Positions 12,101-24,568 of a stretch of DNA of 64,000 bases are shown one piece after another. The first letter of the stretch is position 1; each line of letters begins with the position of its first letter. The notes beneath the pieces were generated by a model. The model was not told the DNA's origin and ran no database searches. It saw nothing but the letters and a program-made list of their open reading frames with translations. The stretch spans positions 137,456,001 to 137,520,000 of the forward strand of contig CM059431.1 of NCBI GenBank assembly GCA_030390025.1. Direction: 5' to 3'. The DNA is from Squalus acanthias (Eukaryota). The translations under genes and the position numbers were made by a program.

Positions 12101-13630
12101 GATACCCTCACACGAGCATTCTGCTCCGCCATGGCACCCTCTACGCTCGTAGACATCCATGATGGGTTGTGTCATCCGGGCGTTACTCGCATGCTACACT
12201 TCGTGCGGTCCCGAAATCTCCCATTCTCTACCGGGGATGTAAAGAAGATGTGCTCGGACTGCAGAGTCTGTGCGGAATTGAAACCTCAGTTTTTCCGCCC
12301 CTCGGGTGGTATACTCATACATGCGACCCAGCCAATGCAACGGCTTAGCATCGATTTTAAGGGGCCGTTGCCCTCTTCAACTCGCAACACTTATCTGTTG
12401 ACCATGGTCGATGAGTATTCCCGTTTTCCGTTTGCCTTTCCCTGCCCAATATGCTGACAAACACGGTTATCAGCTGCCTTGAGCAGGTATTTGCTTTCTG
12501 TGGCATGGCATCCTATGTTCATTCGGATCGGGGCCCTTCTTTTATGTCAGGAGAACTCAAGGCCTATCTCTTGGAACGGGGTATTGCTGCCAGCAGAACG
12601 ACGCCTTATCATCCGGTCGGGAATGGGCAAGTCGAGCGTTTTAACGCTATCATCTGGAATGCGGTACGTCTGGCTTTGAGATCTCGGGGCCTACCCAACC
12701 AGCAATGGGAAGCAGTACTTCCAGACGCATTACACTCCACACGGTCCCTCCTTTCGACCGCCACAAATACGACGCCTCATGAACGGTTCTTCCGATTTCA
12801 GCGTCGCTCATCCTATGGGATATCTCTCCCGTCGTGGCTGACTACACCGGGACCAGTGCTACTCCGAAGATATGTCGGGCATCTAAGAATGACCCCCTGG
12901 TAGATGAGGTTGAGCTCACTGACGTCAACCCTACCTACGCCTATATTCGGTATCCTGACGGTCGGGAATCTACCGTGTCATTGCGGGATCTGGCTCCCTG
13001 CCCGCCGAAACATAGAGGGACACCAGGGGATGATATTGTACCAGGCACATCTCTGGGCTCGCCAGGTGCCTCTCATCACGATCTGGATCTGACGCCGGCT
13101 GGTACCTCACTCCAGCGTGCCGACCTGGGGCAGACTGACTATGAGCCCGTTGGGGCTCGCACGCGCAGCCACGATCCACCCCGTACCGTACGCTCGGAAA
13201 CGGATCTGCCACAGCCCTGCCCGACACCCGTTCGGGCACCAGTACACAGTCAGGATCGTCCTGACCCCTCACAGAGCGGGCTGGATCACTCGGACTCTGG
13301 TCCACGGCCCGCGGCGGGTAAACGGGCTAGGGGCCCTCTACCGCTACGAGAACCCAAACGGGTGCGGCTCTCCCTCGTCCAGCGGCTACGAAATGGAGGG
13401 AGCATCCCGGCCTCCTAATCTTTTGGGGGGGGAGAATGTGGTAACACAATACAGCTTCCTGTGACTCGAACTTTATTGCATCACTTCCTGTGATTAGTCC
13501 AGGATAAATACTGGACTGATCAGTTGGATCCTGGAGAGGCATAGAGTAAGACCTCTTTTGTATGTAGCACCTTTTTAGTTGATTAAAGCTTACTTTAAGT
13601 TCACCACGCGTAAGGCTCATTCTTACGACA
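9192..13630 (+). mobile_element. Full-length Ty3/Gypsy (Mag-like) LTR retrotransposon, copy 1
   Basis: Identical 194-bp TG...CA LTRs (9192-9385, 13437-13630), 5-bp TSD CTCTG, PPT GGGGGGGGAGAA before the 3' LTR. Confidence 0.98.
9464..13418 (+). pseudogene. gag-pol polyprotein of Gypsy copy 1 with two 1-bp deletions
   Basis: Two CCHC knuckles, protease LIDSGS, RT (YLDN), RNase H (ECDAS), integrase HHCC/DDE in Gypsy order. Compared with copy 2, one base is missing near 12447 and one near 12876. Confidence 0.93.
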
Positions 13631-14449
13631 CTCTGTATTAAATTTCATCTGCCACTTCTCTGCCCATTCTGCTCGCCTTTCTCTGTCCTGTTGCAGTCGA
13701 TTGATATCATCATCACTGTTTGCCACACCCCCATCTTTGGTGTCATTGGCAAATTTAGAAATTCTACTCTGTATTCCAATATCCATCTCATTTATGTATA
13801 TCAAAAATAGCAGTGGCCCCAGCACTGACCCTTGGGGAACACCACTGTCTACCATCCTCCAGTCTGAAAAACAGCCATTTACCACAACTCGCTGTTTTCT
13901 GTCCTTAAGCCAATTCCTTATCCAAGTTGCCACTGACCCACCTATTCCATGAGCCTCAATTTTGTTAACCAGCCTTCTATGTGGTACTTTGTCAAACGCC
14001 TTCATAAAATCCATGTAGACAACATCCATTGCATTCCCTTCATCAATCCTCCGTTACTTCATCAAAAAATTAGATTAATCAAACACAAACACAAATCCGT
14101 GTTGGCTCTCCTTAATTAGCTTAAACCTCTCAAAGTGCTCGTTAACTTTTTCCTTCATTATTGTTTCTAAAACTTTACCCACCACTGATGGTAAACTAGG
14201 ATTGTAGTTAGTAGGTTTGTCCTTGCACTTTTCTTGAACTATGGTGTCATATTTGCCACTTTCAAATCCTCAGGCACCTCCCCCACATCTAGGGAAGATT
14301 GGAAAATTATGGCAAGTCCTTCCGCTATATCCTCCCCCAATTCCCTTAGCAACCTGGGATGCAAGCTATCTGGACCAGGCGACTTGTCCACTCTAAGTAA
14401 CTTTCTAGTACATCCTGTCTATCAATGTTCACGCCTTCCATTGCTGTTG

Positions 14450-14886
14450 TGTCAGCTGTGGCTCAGTGGGTAGCACTCTCGACTCTGAGTCAGAAGGTTG
14501 TGGGTTGAAGTCCCACTCCAGGGACTTGAGCACATAAAGCTAGGCTGACACTCCAGTGCAGTGCTGAGGGTGCGCTGCACTGTCGGAGGTGTTAAACCGA
14601 GGCCCCGTCTGCTCTCTCAGGTGGACGTAAAAGATCCCATGGCACTATTTCGAAGAAGAGCAGGGGAGTTATCCCCAGTGTCCTGGCCAATATTTATCCC
14701 TCAACCAACATAACAAAAACAGATTATCTGGTCATTATCACATTGCTATTTGTGGGACCTTGCTGTGTGCAAATTGGCTGTTGCGTTTCCCACATTACAA
14801 CAGTGACTACAGTTCATTGGCTGTAAAGCGCTTTGAGACGTCCGGTGGTTGTGAAAGGCGCTATAGAAATACAAGTCTTTCTTTCT
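14450..14886 (+). mobile_element. tRNA-derived SINE with Deu-domain core and L2-like tail (DeuSINE/SacSINE1-like)
   Basis: A box TGGCTCAGTGGG, B-box-like GGGTTGAAGTCC, core 'taaaccgaggccccgtctgctctctcaggtggacgtaaaagatcccatggcactatt', tail 'gtgaaaggcgctatagaaatacaagtctttcttt'. Confidence 0.85.
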
Positions 14887-15014
14887 ACCTTTTCCACATC
14901 GGTCACATTTTCGGGTTCTGAGAAAGTTCACAGACCTGAAACATTAACTCTGTTTCTCTCTCCACAGATGATACCTGACCTGCTGAGTATTTCCAGCATC
15001 TTCTATTAATATTA

Positions 15015-16800
15015 CATTTATATGTCTTGTTTAATGTAGTAAAATGTTGCCAAGTGCTTCACGAGAGCAATTATCAGCCAAAATATGACAGCGAGCCACA
15101 TAAGGAAAATTAGGCCTGATCAACGAGGTATGTTTTAAGGAGCGTCTTAAAGGAGGAGAGAAGTAGAGAGGTGACGAGGTGTAGGGTGGGAATTCCAGAG
15201 CTTAGGGTCATGTAATGGTGGAGCAAAGGAAATCAGGGATGTGCAAGAGGCCAGATTGGAGGAGCTCAAAGATCTCTGAGGGTTGTAGGGCTGGAGGAGG
15301 TTACAGAGATAGGGAGGGGTGACGCCATTGAGGGGTCTGAAAACTAGGATGAGAATTTTAAATGCGCAGCATTGCCAGACCGGGAGGTTATGTAGGTTCG
15401 GCGAGCACAGGGTGATGGGTGAATGGGACTTGGTGTGAGTGACGACACGGGCAGCAGAGTTTTGGATGAGCCCAAGTTTATGTAGGGAGGACAATGGGGG
15501 GACGTCTGGGAGAGTATTTGAATAGTCGAGTCTGGAGGTAACAGAGGCGTTGCTGAGAGTTTCAGCAGCTGATGGGCTGAGGCAGGGGCAGAGACAGGCA
15601 ATGTTACGCAAGTGGAAGTCGGGGATCTTGGTGATGGGTTTGTAGTTGAAAGCTCAGCTCAGGGCCAAACAGGCAGTCCAGGATAGTTCAGCCCTGAATA
15701 ATCATTCGTGAGTGGCAGGGAATCGGTGGCTCAGGAATGGAGTTTGTAGCAGGGTCCAAAGGCAATGGCTCCAATCTTTCCAATATTTAATTAGAGAATA
15801 TGTCTGCTCAGCCAATGCTGAATGTAGGACAAGCAGCCTGAAAAATCGGATACATTGGAGGTTTCGAGAGAGGTGGTGGTGAGGTAGAGCTCGGTGTGGT
15901 CAGCGTACATGTGGAAATTGATGCTGTGTTTTCAGATGTTGTCACCAAAAGGCAGAATGTAGAAGAGAAATAGGAGAGGGCCAAGAACATAAGAAATAGG
16001 AGCTGGAATAGGTCATTCGGCCCCTCGAGCCTGCTCCACCATTCAATAAGATCATGCTGCTCTTCGACCTCAACTTCACCTTCCTGCACTATCCCAATAT
16101 CCCTTGATTCTCCTAATATCCGAAAATCTATTGATATTGCCTTGAATAAATCTTTGGGGGACTCCAGAGGTAATCGCGCAGGAGCGGGAAGATAAGCCAT
16201 TCCTGGAGATTTTCTGGTTACGATTGGATAGATAAGAATGGAACCAGGTGAGGTGAGTTCCACCCAGCTGGATTATGGAGGAGACTTTGGAGGAGGATGG
16301 TGTTGTCAACCGTGTCAAAGCCTGCAGGCAGATCGAGAAGGATGAGGAGGGATAGCTTACCACGGCCACAGTCACATATAATAACATTTGTGACTTTGAA
16401 AAGGCGTTTTCTGTGCTGTGGCAGGGGCAGACAGTCGATTGCAGAGGTGCAAACATGGAGTTGCAGGAAAGATGGACACAGATTTGGGAGGTGACAACAC
16501 GTTCAAGGACTTTGGATAGGAAAAGGAGATTGGATATTGGGGCGGTAGTTTGCATGGACAGAGGTTTCAATGGTGGGCTTATTGAAGAGTGGGTGATGAG
16601 GTAGATTTGAAGGTAACCTTTAACAATATCATTTAGTGTGAGGGCCAGGAAGGGAAGGTGGACGATTTGCCATTTAGTGGAAATAGAGGCGAGAAAGCAG
16701 GTGGGTCTCATGCACAAGAGGAGCTGGGAGATCTCATGAGGGGAGATAGTAAAGAAACTAGAGACAGATACATGTTCAGGGCTAGGGCAGGGTTGGTAGT
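15015..16800 (-). mobile_element. Decayed L2-clade LINE with a short CR1 3'-tail insert (about 15985-16150)
   Basis: Peptides AETLSNASVTSRLDYSN, LIQNSAAR, SGVPQ and ISNLLFLSKVLERVV. Confidence 0.8.
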
Positions 16801-17097
16801 GGAGAAGAGAAGCTGGACTTACATTTGCATTCCAGGATGATCCTGGATTAGAGAGCAGTTTTGGCAGAGGACAGAAGGACCAGATGGTGCTTTATGTGGC
16901 CCAGCCACTTCTGGCAATGAATGGCTGAACCACTCGTCCGTAATAAACTTTCAAATCTGCATCTCTTATAATTAAGGGAGCGGAGATGGGGGCCATACCA
17001 GGGGGAACTAGCAGGGTAGGGGGAGTAAGGGCCCTACTGGGAACAAGGGCATGAAAGGTGGAGGTAGAGGTGTGATTGAGCCGGTAGACAGAAATTT

Positions 17098-17905
17098 GGG
17101 GTAAGGTAGCATAGTGGTTAAGTTACTGAATTAGTAATCCTAGAAGCTTGGACTAATTATCTGGAGACATGAGTTCAAATCTACCACGGCAGCTGGGGGA
17201 ATTTAAATTCAGTTGTTTTAAATTAATTCATGGGATGTGGGCATCACTGGCAAGGCCAGCATTTATTGCCCATCGCTAATTGCCCTTGAGAAGGTGGTGC
17301 TGAGCCACTTTCCGGCACAACTGTGTGACTTCCTAGGCTATTTCAGAGGGCAGTTAACAGTCAACCACATTGCTGTGGGTCTGGAGTCACATATAGGCCA
17401 AACCAGGTAAGGACAGCAGATTTACTTCCCTAAAGGACATTAGTGAACCACATGGGTTTTTACAACAATCAGGTAGTTTCATGGTCACCATTACTGTTTT
17501 ATATTCCAGATTTATTTGATGAACTGAATTTAAATTCCCCAGTTGCCATGGTGGGATTTGCACTGTCTCTGGAACATTAGTCTCGGCCTCTGGATTACTT
17601 GTCCAGTATCAGAAACACTTCGCTACCGTGCCCGTCAATTAAATGCATCTGGAATAAAAAACGTTGGCCTATACGTGACTTCAGACCCACAGAAATGTGG
17701 TGACTCTTAACTGCCCTCTGAAATGGCCTCGCTCGCCAACTCAGTTGACCAAACGACAACAACGTCAGCACTTTGGGCCTACCTTCACCACACGGACTGC
17801 AGGGGTTTAAGATGGCGGATCACCATCACCTTCAAGAGCTATAAGGGATGGGCAATAAACGCTGGCTTTGCCAGCGACACCCACATCCCGTGAATGAATA
17901 AAAAA
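17098..17905. mobile_element. Two nested tRNA-derived SINEs of one family (plus-strand host, minus-strand insert at about 17220-17635)
   Basis: A box TAGCATAGTGG and B box GAGTTCAAATC at 17107-17180; reverse-complement head at 17545-17635; same 3' tail (gggcaataaa...gccagc...cccacatccc) on both strands. Confidence 0.75.
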
Positions 17906-18263
17906 TGTAGTATTGTGGCGAATCGAGGACGAAAGGTAAACAGTTGGGAATCTGAAAGTGCCATTGTAAATGATTTTGGGGAGAAGTTTTTGAAGGGGCA
18001 GACACAGCAGGAAGTGGTTTTGGAAGGGGGAGAGCATGCGTGTGGTGAGGGAGGAGGGAGAAAAGAAATTGATCAGAGGTGACTAACCTGTGATTGAGAC
18101 AAGGGGAATAGCGAGGCTGTGTGAGATGTGTAGGACGAGGGGTTGGCAGTGGATAGGCCTAGGAAAGTTTATATGGAGGGAGAGGTTATGTCGGACAGAA
18201 GGGAACAGAACTCAGAGATGATCCAGTTATTATGAACAAAATCTCACACCGTCTGGTACTTAC

Positions 18264-18434
18264 TCCAGTTTCTGTATTTTACAGTCTGGTTTCCTCAGAG
18301 CTGCAGACAGTAGCTTCACTCCTGAATCTCCGAGATTATTATTACTCAGGACCAGAGCCGACAGTGACCGGTTTGTACTGAGGGCTGAGGCGAGATCAAC
18401 AGCAGAAGTATATCCGAGATCGTTTTCAGACAGA
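18264..18434 (-). CDS. NLR coding exon 9 (171 nt LRR)
   Basis: [56 protein letters not shown]; tag acceptor, GTAAGT donor. Confidence 0.9.
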
Positions 18435-18529
18435 CTAGATCCCGAAAGAGAAAAATAATGGAAATCAGCGTACTGCGCATTAATCTGGAACTGGAAGCAT
18501 GATTTTTCTGGTTTTTTTTTTACAAAAGG

Positions 18530-21500
18530 CGGCTCCATTCCTGTCACTTTCCCCAGAGTCCGCTCCCTCCCCGTCACTTTCCCCAGAGTCCGCTCCCTGC
18601 CCGGCACATTCCCCAGATCCGGCTCCATTCCCGGCACTTTCCCCAGATCCCCTTCCCTCCCCGGCACTTTCCCCAGAGCCCGCTCCCTCCCCGGCACTTT
18701 CCCCAGAGCCCGCTCCCTCCCCGGCACTTTCCCCAGAGCCCGCTCCCTCCACGGCACTTTCCCCAGAGTCCGCTCCCTCCCCGGCACTTTCCCCAGAGCC
18801 CGCTCCCTCCCCGGCACTTTCCCCAGAGTCCGCTCCCATGCCGGCACTTTCCCCAGAGCCCGCTCTCTCCCCGGCACTTTCCCCAGAGCCCGCTCCCTCC
18901 CCGGCACTTTCCCCAGAGCCCGCTCCCTCCCCGGCACTTTCCCCAGAGCCCGCTCCCTCCCCGGCACTTTCCCCAGAGCCTGCTCCCTCCCCGGCACTTT
19001 CCCCAGAGCCCGCTCCATTCCCGGCACTTTTCCCAGTGCCCGCTCCATTCCCGGCACTTTCCCCAGAGTCGGCTTCCTCCCTGACACTTTCCCCAGAGCC
19101 CTCTCCCTCCCCGGCACTTTCCCCAGAGCCGGCTCCATTCCCGGCACTTTCACCAGAGCCCGCTCCCTCCCCGGCACTTTCCCCACAGCCCGCTCCCTTC
19201 CCGGCATTTTCCCCAGAGCCGGCTCCATTCCCGGCACTTTCCCCAGAGCCCGCTCCCTCCCCGGCACTTTCCCCAGAGCCCGCTCCCTCCCCGGCACTTT
19301 CCCCAGAGTCCGCTCCCATGCCGGCACTTTCCCCAGAGCCCGCTCCCTCCCCGGCACTTTCCCCAGAGCCCGCTCCCTCCCCGGCACTTTCCCCAGAGCC
19401 CGCTCCCTCCCCGGCTCTTTCCCCAGAGCCCGCTCCCTCCCCGGCACTTTTCCCAGAGCCCGCTCCCTCCCCGGCACTTTCCCCAGAGCCCGCTCCCTCC
19501 CCGGCACTTTCCCCAGAGCCCGCTCCCTCCCCGGCACTTTCCCCAGAGCCCGCTCCCTCCCCGGCACTTTCCCCAGAGCCCGCTCCCTCCCCGGCACTTT
19601 CCCCACAGCCCGCTCCCTCCCCGGCACTTTCCCCACAGCCCGCTCCCTCCCCGGCACTTTCCCCAGAGCCCGCTCCCTCCCCGGCACTTTCCCCAGAGCC
19701 CGCTCCATTCCCGGCACTTTTCCCAGTGCCCGCTCCATTCCCGGCACTTTCCCCAGAGTCGGCTTCCTCCCTGACACTTTCCCCAGAGCCCTCTCCCTCC
19801 CCGGCACTTTTCCCAGTGCCCGCTCCATTCCCGGCACTTTCCCCAGAGCCGGCTCCATTCCCGGCACTTTCCCCAGAGCCGGCTCCATTCCCGGCACTTT
19901 CCCCAGAGCCCGCTCCCTCCCCGGCACTTTCCCCACAGCCCGTTCCCTTCCCGGCACTTTCCCCAGAGCCGGATCCATTCCCGGCACTTTCCCCAGAGCC
20001 CGCTCCCTCCCCGGCACTTTCCCCAGAGTCCGCTCCCATGCCGGCACTTTCCCCAGAGCCCGCTCCCTCCCCGGCACTTTCCCCAGAGCCCGCTCCCTCC
20101 CCGGCACTTTCCCCAGAGCCCGCTCCCTCCCCGGCACTTTCCCCAGAGCCCGCTCCCTCCCCGGCACTTTCCCCAGAGCCCGCTCCCTCCCCGGCACTTT
20201 CCCCAGAGCCCGCTCCCTCCCCGGCACTTTCCCCAGAGCCCGCTCCCTCCCCGGCACTTTCCCCAGAGCCCGCTCCCTCCCCGGCACTTTCCCCAGAGCC
20301 CGCTCCCTCCCCGGCACTTTCCCCAGAGCCCGCTCCCTCCCCGGCACTTTCCCCAGAGCCCGCTCCCTCCCCGTCACTTTCCCCAGAGCCCGCTCCCTCC
20401 CCGGCACTTTCCCCAGAGCCCGCTCCCTCCCCGGCACTTTCCCCAGTGCCCGCTCCCTCCCCGGCACTTTCCCCAGAGCCGGCTCCATTCCCGGCACTTT
20501 CCCCAGAGCCCACTCCCTCCCCGGCACTTTCCCCAGTGCCCGCTCCCTCCCCGGCACTTTCCCCAGAGCCGGCTCCATTCCCGGCACTTTCCGCAGAGCC
20601 CGCTCCATTCCCGGCACTTTCCGCAGAGCTCGCTCCCTCCCCGGCACTTTCCCCAGAGCCCCCTCCATTCCCGGCACTTTCCCCAGAGCCCGCTCCATTC
20701 CCGGCACTTTCCCCAGAGCCCGCTCCCTCCCCGGCACTTTCCCCAGAGCCTGCTCCCTCCCCGGCACTTTCCCCAGAGCCCGCTCCATTCCCGGCACTTT
20801 CCCCAGAGCCCGCTCCATTCCCGGCACTTTCCCCAGAGCCCGCTCCCTCCCCGGCACTTTCCCCAGAGCCTGCTCCCTCCCCGGCACTTTCCCCAGAGCC
20901 GGCTCCCTCCCCGTCACTTTCCCCCGAGCCCGCTCCATTCCCGGCACTTTCCCCCGAGCCCGCTCCCTCCCCGTCACTTTCCCCAGAGCCCGCTCCATTC
21001 CCGGCACTTTCCCCAGAGCCCGCTCCATTCCCGGCACTTTCCCCAGAGCTCACTCCCTCCCCGGCACTTTCCCCAGAGCCCACTCCATTCCCGGCACTTT
21101 CCCCAGAGCCGGCTCCATTCCCGGCACTTTCCCCAGAGTCCGCTCCCTCCCCGGCACTTTCCCCAGAGCCCGCTCCATTCCCGGCACTTTCCCCAGAGCC
21201 CGCTCCATTCCCGGCACTTTCCTCAGAGCCCGCTCCCTCCCCGGCACTTTCCCCAGAGCCTGCTCCCTCCCCGGCACTTTCCCCAGAGCCCGCTCCCTCC
21301 CCGGCACTTTCCCCAGAGCCTGCTCCCTCCCCGGCACTTTCCCCAGAGCCCGCTCCATTCCCGGCACTTTCCCCAGAGCCCGCTCCATTCCCGGCACTTT
21401 CCCCAGAGCCCGCTCCCTCCCCGGCACTTTCCCCAGAGCCTGCTCCCTCCCCGGCACTTTCCCCAGAGCCTGCTCCCTCCCCGGCACTTTCCCCCGAGCC

Positions 21501-23609
21501 CGCTCGATTCCCGGCACTTTCCCCCGAGCCCGCTCCCTCCCCGGCACTTTCCCCAGAGCCCGCTCCATTCCCGGCACTTTCCCCAGAGCCCGCTCCATTC
21601 CCGGCACTTTCCCCAGAGCTCACTCCCTCCCCGGCACTTTCCCCAGAGCCCACTCCATTCCCGGCACTTTCCCCAGAGCCGGCTCCATTCCCGGCACTTT
21701 CCCCAGAGTCCGCTCCCTCCCCGGCACTTTCCCCAGAGCCCGCTCCATTCCCGGCACTTTCCCCAGAGCCCGCTCCATTCCCGGCACTTTTCCCAGAGCC
21801 CGCTCCCTCCCCGGCACTTTCCCCAGAGCCTGCTCCCTCCCCGGCACTTTCCCCAGAGCCCGCTCCCTCCCCGGCACTTTCCCCAGAGCCTGCTCCCTCC
21901 CCGGCACTTTCCCCAGAGCCTGCTCCCTCCCCGGCACTTTCCCCAGAGCCCGCTCCCTCCCCGGCACTTTCCGCAGAGCCCGCTCCCTCCCCGGCACTTT
22001 CCCCAGAGCCCGCTCCCTCCCCGGCACTTTCCCCAGTGCCCGCTCCCTCCCCGGCACTTTCCCCAGAGCCGGCTCCATTCCCGGCACTTTCCCCAGAGCC
22101 CACTCCCTCCCCGGCACTTTCCCCAGTGCCCGCTCCCTCCCCGGCACTTTCCCCAGAGCCGGCTCCATTCCCGGCACTTTCCGCAGAGCCCGCTCCATTC
22201 CCGGCACTTTCCGCAGAGCTCGCTCCCTCCCCGGCACTTTCCCCAGAGCCCCCTCCATTCCCGGCACTTTCCCCAGAGCCCGCTCCATTCCCGGCACTTT
22301 CCCCAGAGCCCGCTCCCTCCCCGGCACTTTCCCCAGAGCCTGCTCCCTCCCCGGCACTTTCCCCAGAGCCCGCTCCATTCCCGGCACTTTCCCCAGAGCC
22401 CGCTCCATTCCCGGCACTTTCCCCAGAGCCCGCTCCCTCCCCGGCACTTTCCCCAGAGCCTGCTCCCTCCCCGGCACTTTCCCCAGAGCCCGCTCCCTCC
22501 CCGGCACTTTCCCCCGAGCCCGCTCCATTCCCGGCACTTTCCCCCGAGCCCGCTCCCTCCCCGTCACTTTCCCCAGAGCCCGCTCCATTCCCGGCACTTT
22601 CCCCAGAGCCCGCTCCATTCCCGGCACTTTCCCCAGAGCTCACTCCCTCCCCGGCACTTTCCCCAGAGCCCACTCCATTCCCGGCACTTTCCCCAGAGCC
22701 GGCTCCATTCCCGGCACTTTCCCCAGAGTCCGCTCCCTCCCCGGCACTTTCCCCAGAGCCCGCTCCATTCCCGGCACTTTCCCCAGAGCCCGTTCCATTC
22801 CCGGCACTTTCCTCAGAGCCCGCTCCCTCCCCGGCACTTTCCCCAGAGCCTGCTCCCTCCCCGGCACTTTCCCCAGAGCCCGCTCCCTCCCCGGCACTTT
22901 CCCCAGAGCCTGCTCCCTCCCCGGCACTTTCCCCAGAGCCCGCTCCATTCCCGGCACTTTCCCCAGAGCCCGCTCCATTCCCGGCACTTTCCCCAGAGCC
23001 CGCTCCCTCCCCGGCACTTTCCCCAGAGCCTGCTCCTTCCCCGGCACTTTCCCCAGAGCCTGCTCCCTCCCCGGCACTTTCCCCCGAGCCCGCTCGATTC
23101 CCGGCACTTTCCCCCGAGCCCGCTCCCTCCCCGGCACTTTCCCCAGAGCCCGCTCCATTCCCGGCACTTTCCCCAGAGCCCGCTCCATTCCCGGCACTTT
23201 CCCCAGAGCTCACTCCCTCCCCGGCACTTTCCCCAGAGCCCACTCCATTCCCGGCACTTTCCCCAGAGCCGGCTCCATTCCCGGCACTTTCCCCAGAGTC
23301 CGCTCCCTCCCCGGCACTTTCCCCAGAGCCCGCTCCATTCCCGGCACTTTCCCCAGAGCCCGCTCCATTCCCGGCACTTTTCCCAGAGCCCGCTCCCTCC
23401 CCGGCACTTTCCCCAGAGCCTGCTCCCTCCCCGGCACTTTCCCCAGAGCCCGCTCCCTCCCCGGCACTTTCCCCAGAGCCTGCTCCCTCCCCGGCACTTT
23501 CCCCAGAGCCTGCTCCCTCCCCGGCACTTTCCCCCGAGGCCGCTCCATTCCCGGCACTTTCCCCCGAGCCCGCTCCCTCCCCGTCACTTTCCCCAGAGCC
23601 CGCTCCCAT
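18530..23609. repeat. Intronic minisatellite, 30-bp unit ccggcactttccccagagcccgctcc(ct/at)Yc, about 169 units
   Basis: Exact 30-bp register without indels across about 5.08 kb. Confidence 0.99.
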
Positions 23610-23753
23610 GACGAACCTGATGTGCTAATACACAGAATGCTTTGGTTCTTTGCCAGCATCCTTATTAATAACACAATTATTGATTCTAATAATAATGCAC
23701 TGTGTCAAACATCCAGTTTTTATAAACACTATCTCTCACAGTCTGGTACTTAC

Positions 23754-23924
23754 TCCAGTTCCTGTATTTTACAGTCCGGGTTCGTCAGAGACGCAGACAG
23801 TAGTTTCACTCCTGAATCTCCCAGTTTATTATTACCCAGGTTCAGAACCGTCAGTGAGCGGTTTGTACTGAGAGCGGAGGCGAGATCTTTGGCACAAGAA
23901 TCAATGAGACTGACATCAGCCAAC
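23754..23924 (-). CDS. NLR coding exon 8 (171 nt LRR)
   Basis: [56 protein letters not shown]; cag acceptor, GTAAGT donor. Confidence 0.92.
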
Positions 23925-24044
23925 CTGGGTATCAGAGAGAAATAACAGGAATCGTAGATTAACAACCCCTCTACTGATACTCATAATTTACAGTGTCTGA
24001 CATCGAGTTACGATAAACACAATCCCACAGAGTCTGGTACTTAC

Positions 24045-24215
24045 TGCAGTTTCTCTATTTTGCACTCCGGATTCCTCAGAGCCGCAGACAGTAGTTTCAC
24101 TCCTGAATTTCCCAGTTTATTTTTACTCAGGTCCAGAACCGTCAGTGATCGGTTTGTACTGAGAGCGGAGGCGAGATCAACGGCAGAAGAATATCTGAGA
24201 TCGTTTTCAGACAGA
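24045..24215 (-). CDS. NLR coding exon 7 (171 nt LRR)
   Basis: [56 protein letters not shown]; tag acceptor, GTAAGT donor. Confidence 0.92.
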
Positions 24216-24261
24216 CTAGATTCCGAAAGAGAAAAATAATGGAAATCAGGGTAAAACACAG

Positions 24262-24427
24262 CGGGAGTAAAATTCGTCATGGGTGGGGAGGCACTGGTGC
24301 CTGTTTTACGCTCCGCCGATATTAACTTCCATTGACTTCACTAGAACTCAAATTCGGGCATACTCGTAACGGCCGGCAAATGCGATTCCACCTGTTTGCT
24401 TCCCCGCCCATGTCCATTTTCACCCCC
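24262..24427. mobile_element. Short MITE-like element
   Basis: Imperfect TIRs GGGAGTAAAAT...ATTTTCACCCC with a central 'ccattgacttca'. It interrupts intron sequence shared with the paralogous LRR introns. Confidence 0.45.
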
Positions 24428-24568
24428 ACTGTTTATTATTAATGACATTATTCTTACTAATATAAATGTTCAGTGTTTATTAATAACACTATTACTGATA
24501 CTTATAATAATGTACACAGTCAGACATCCATTTATTATAAAAACAGTCTCTCACAGTCTGCTACTTAC

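Larger units (their letters stand above)
8225..14430 (-). mobile_element. Decayed CR1 LINE interrupted by the Gypsy element (9192-13630) and an AT-rich insert (about 8965-9150)
   Basis: ORF2 C-terminal peptides at 8298-8938 and RT peptides (DVVYMDFMKAFDKVPH, SGVPQGSVLGPLLF) at 13640-14029. The sequence is continuous across the CTCTG target site. (catagagt)n tail at 8223-8240. Confidence 0.9.

Noticed and set aside
14450..14525. tRNA gene (also near 17100 and 53350)
   Set aside because: A and B boxes are followed by SINE body and tail; these are SINE heads.
14915..15000. Third hammerhead ribozyme
   Set aside because: Homologous Penelope end, but the core is mutated (CTGAGAA, GAAACATT) and unlikely to be active.
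18480..23628. 1709-aa ORFs on both strands and a 925-aa ORF in frame with LRR exon 9
   Set aside because: A stop-free 30-bp unit makes long ORFs automatically. Exon 9 has its own acceptor matching that of paralogous exon 7.
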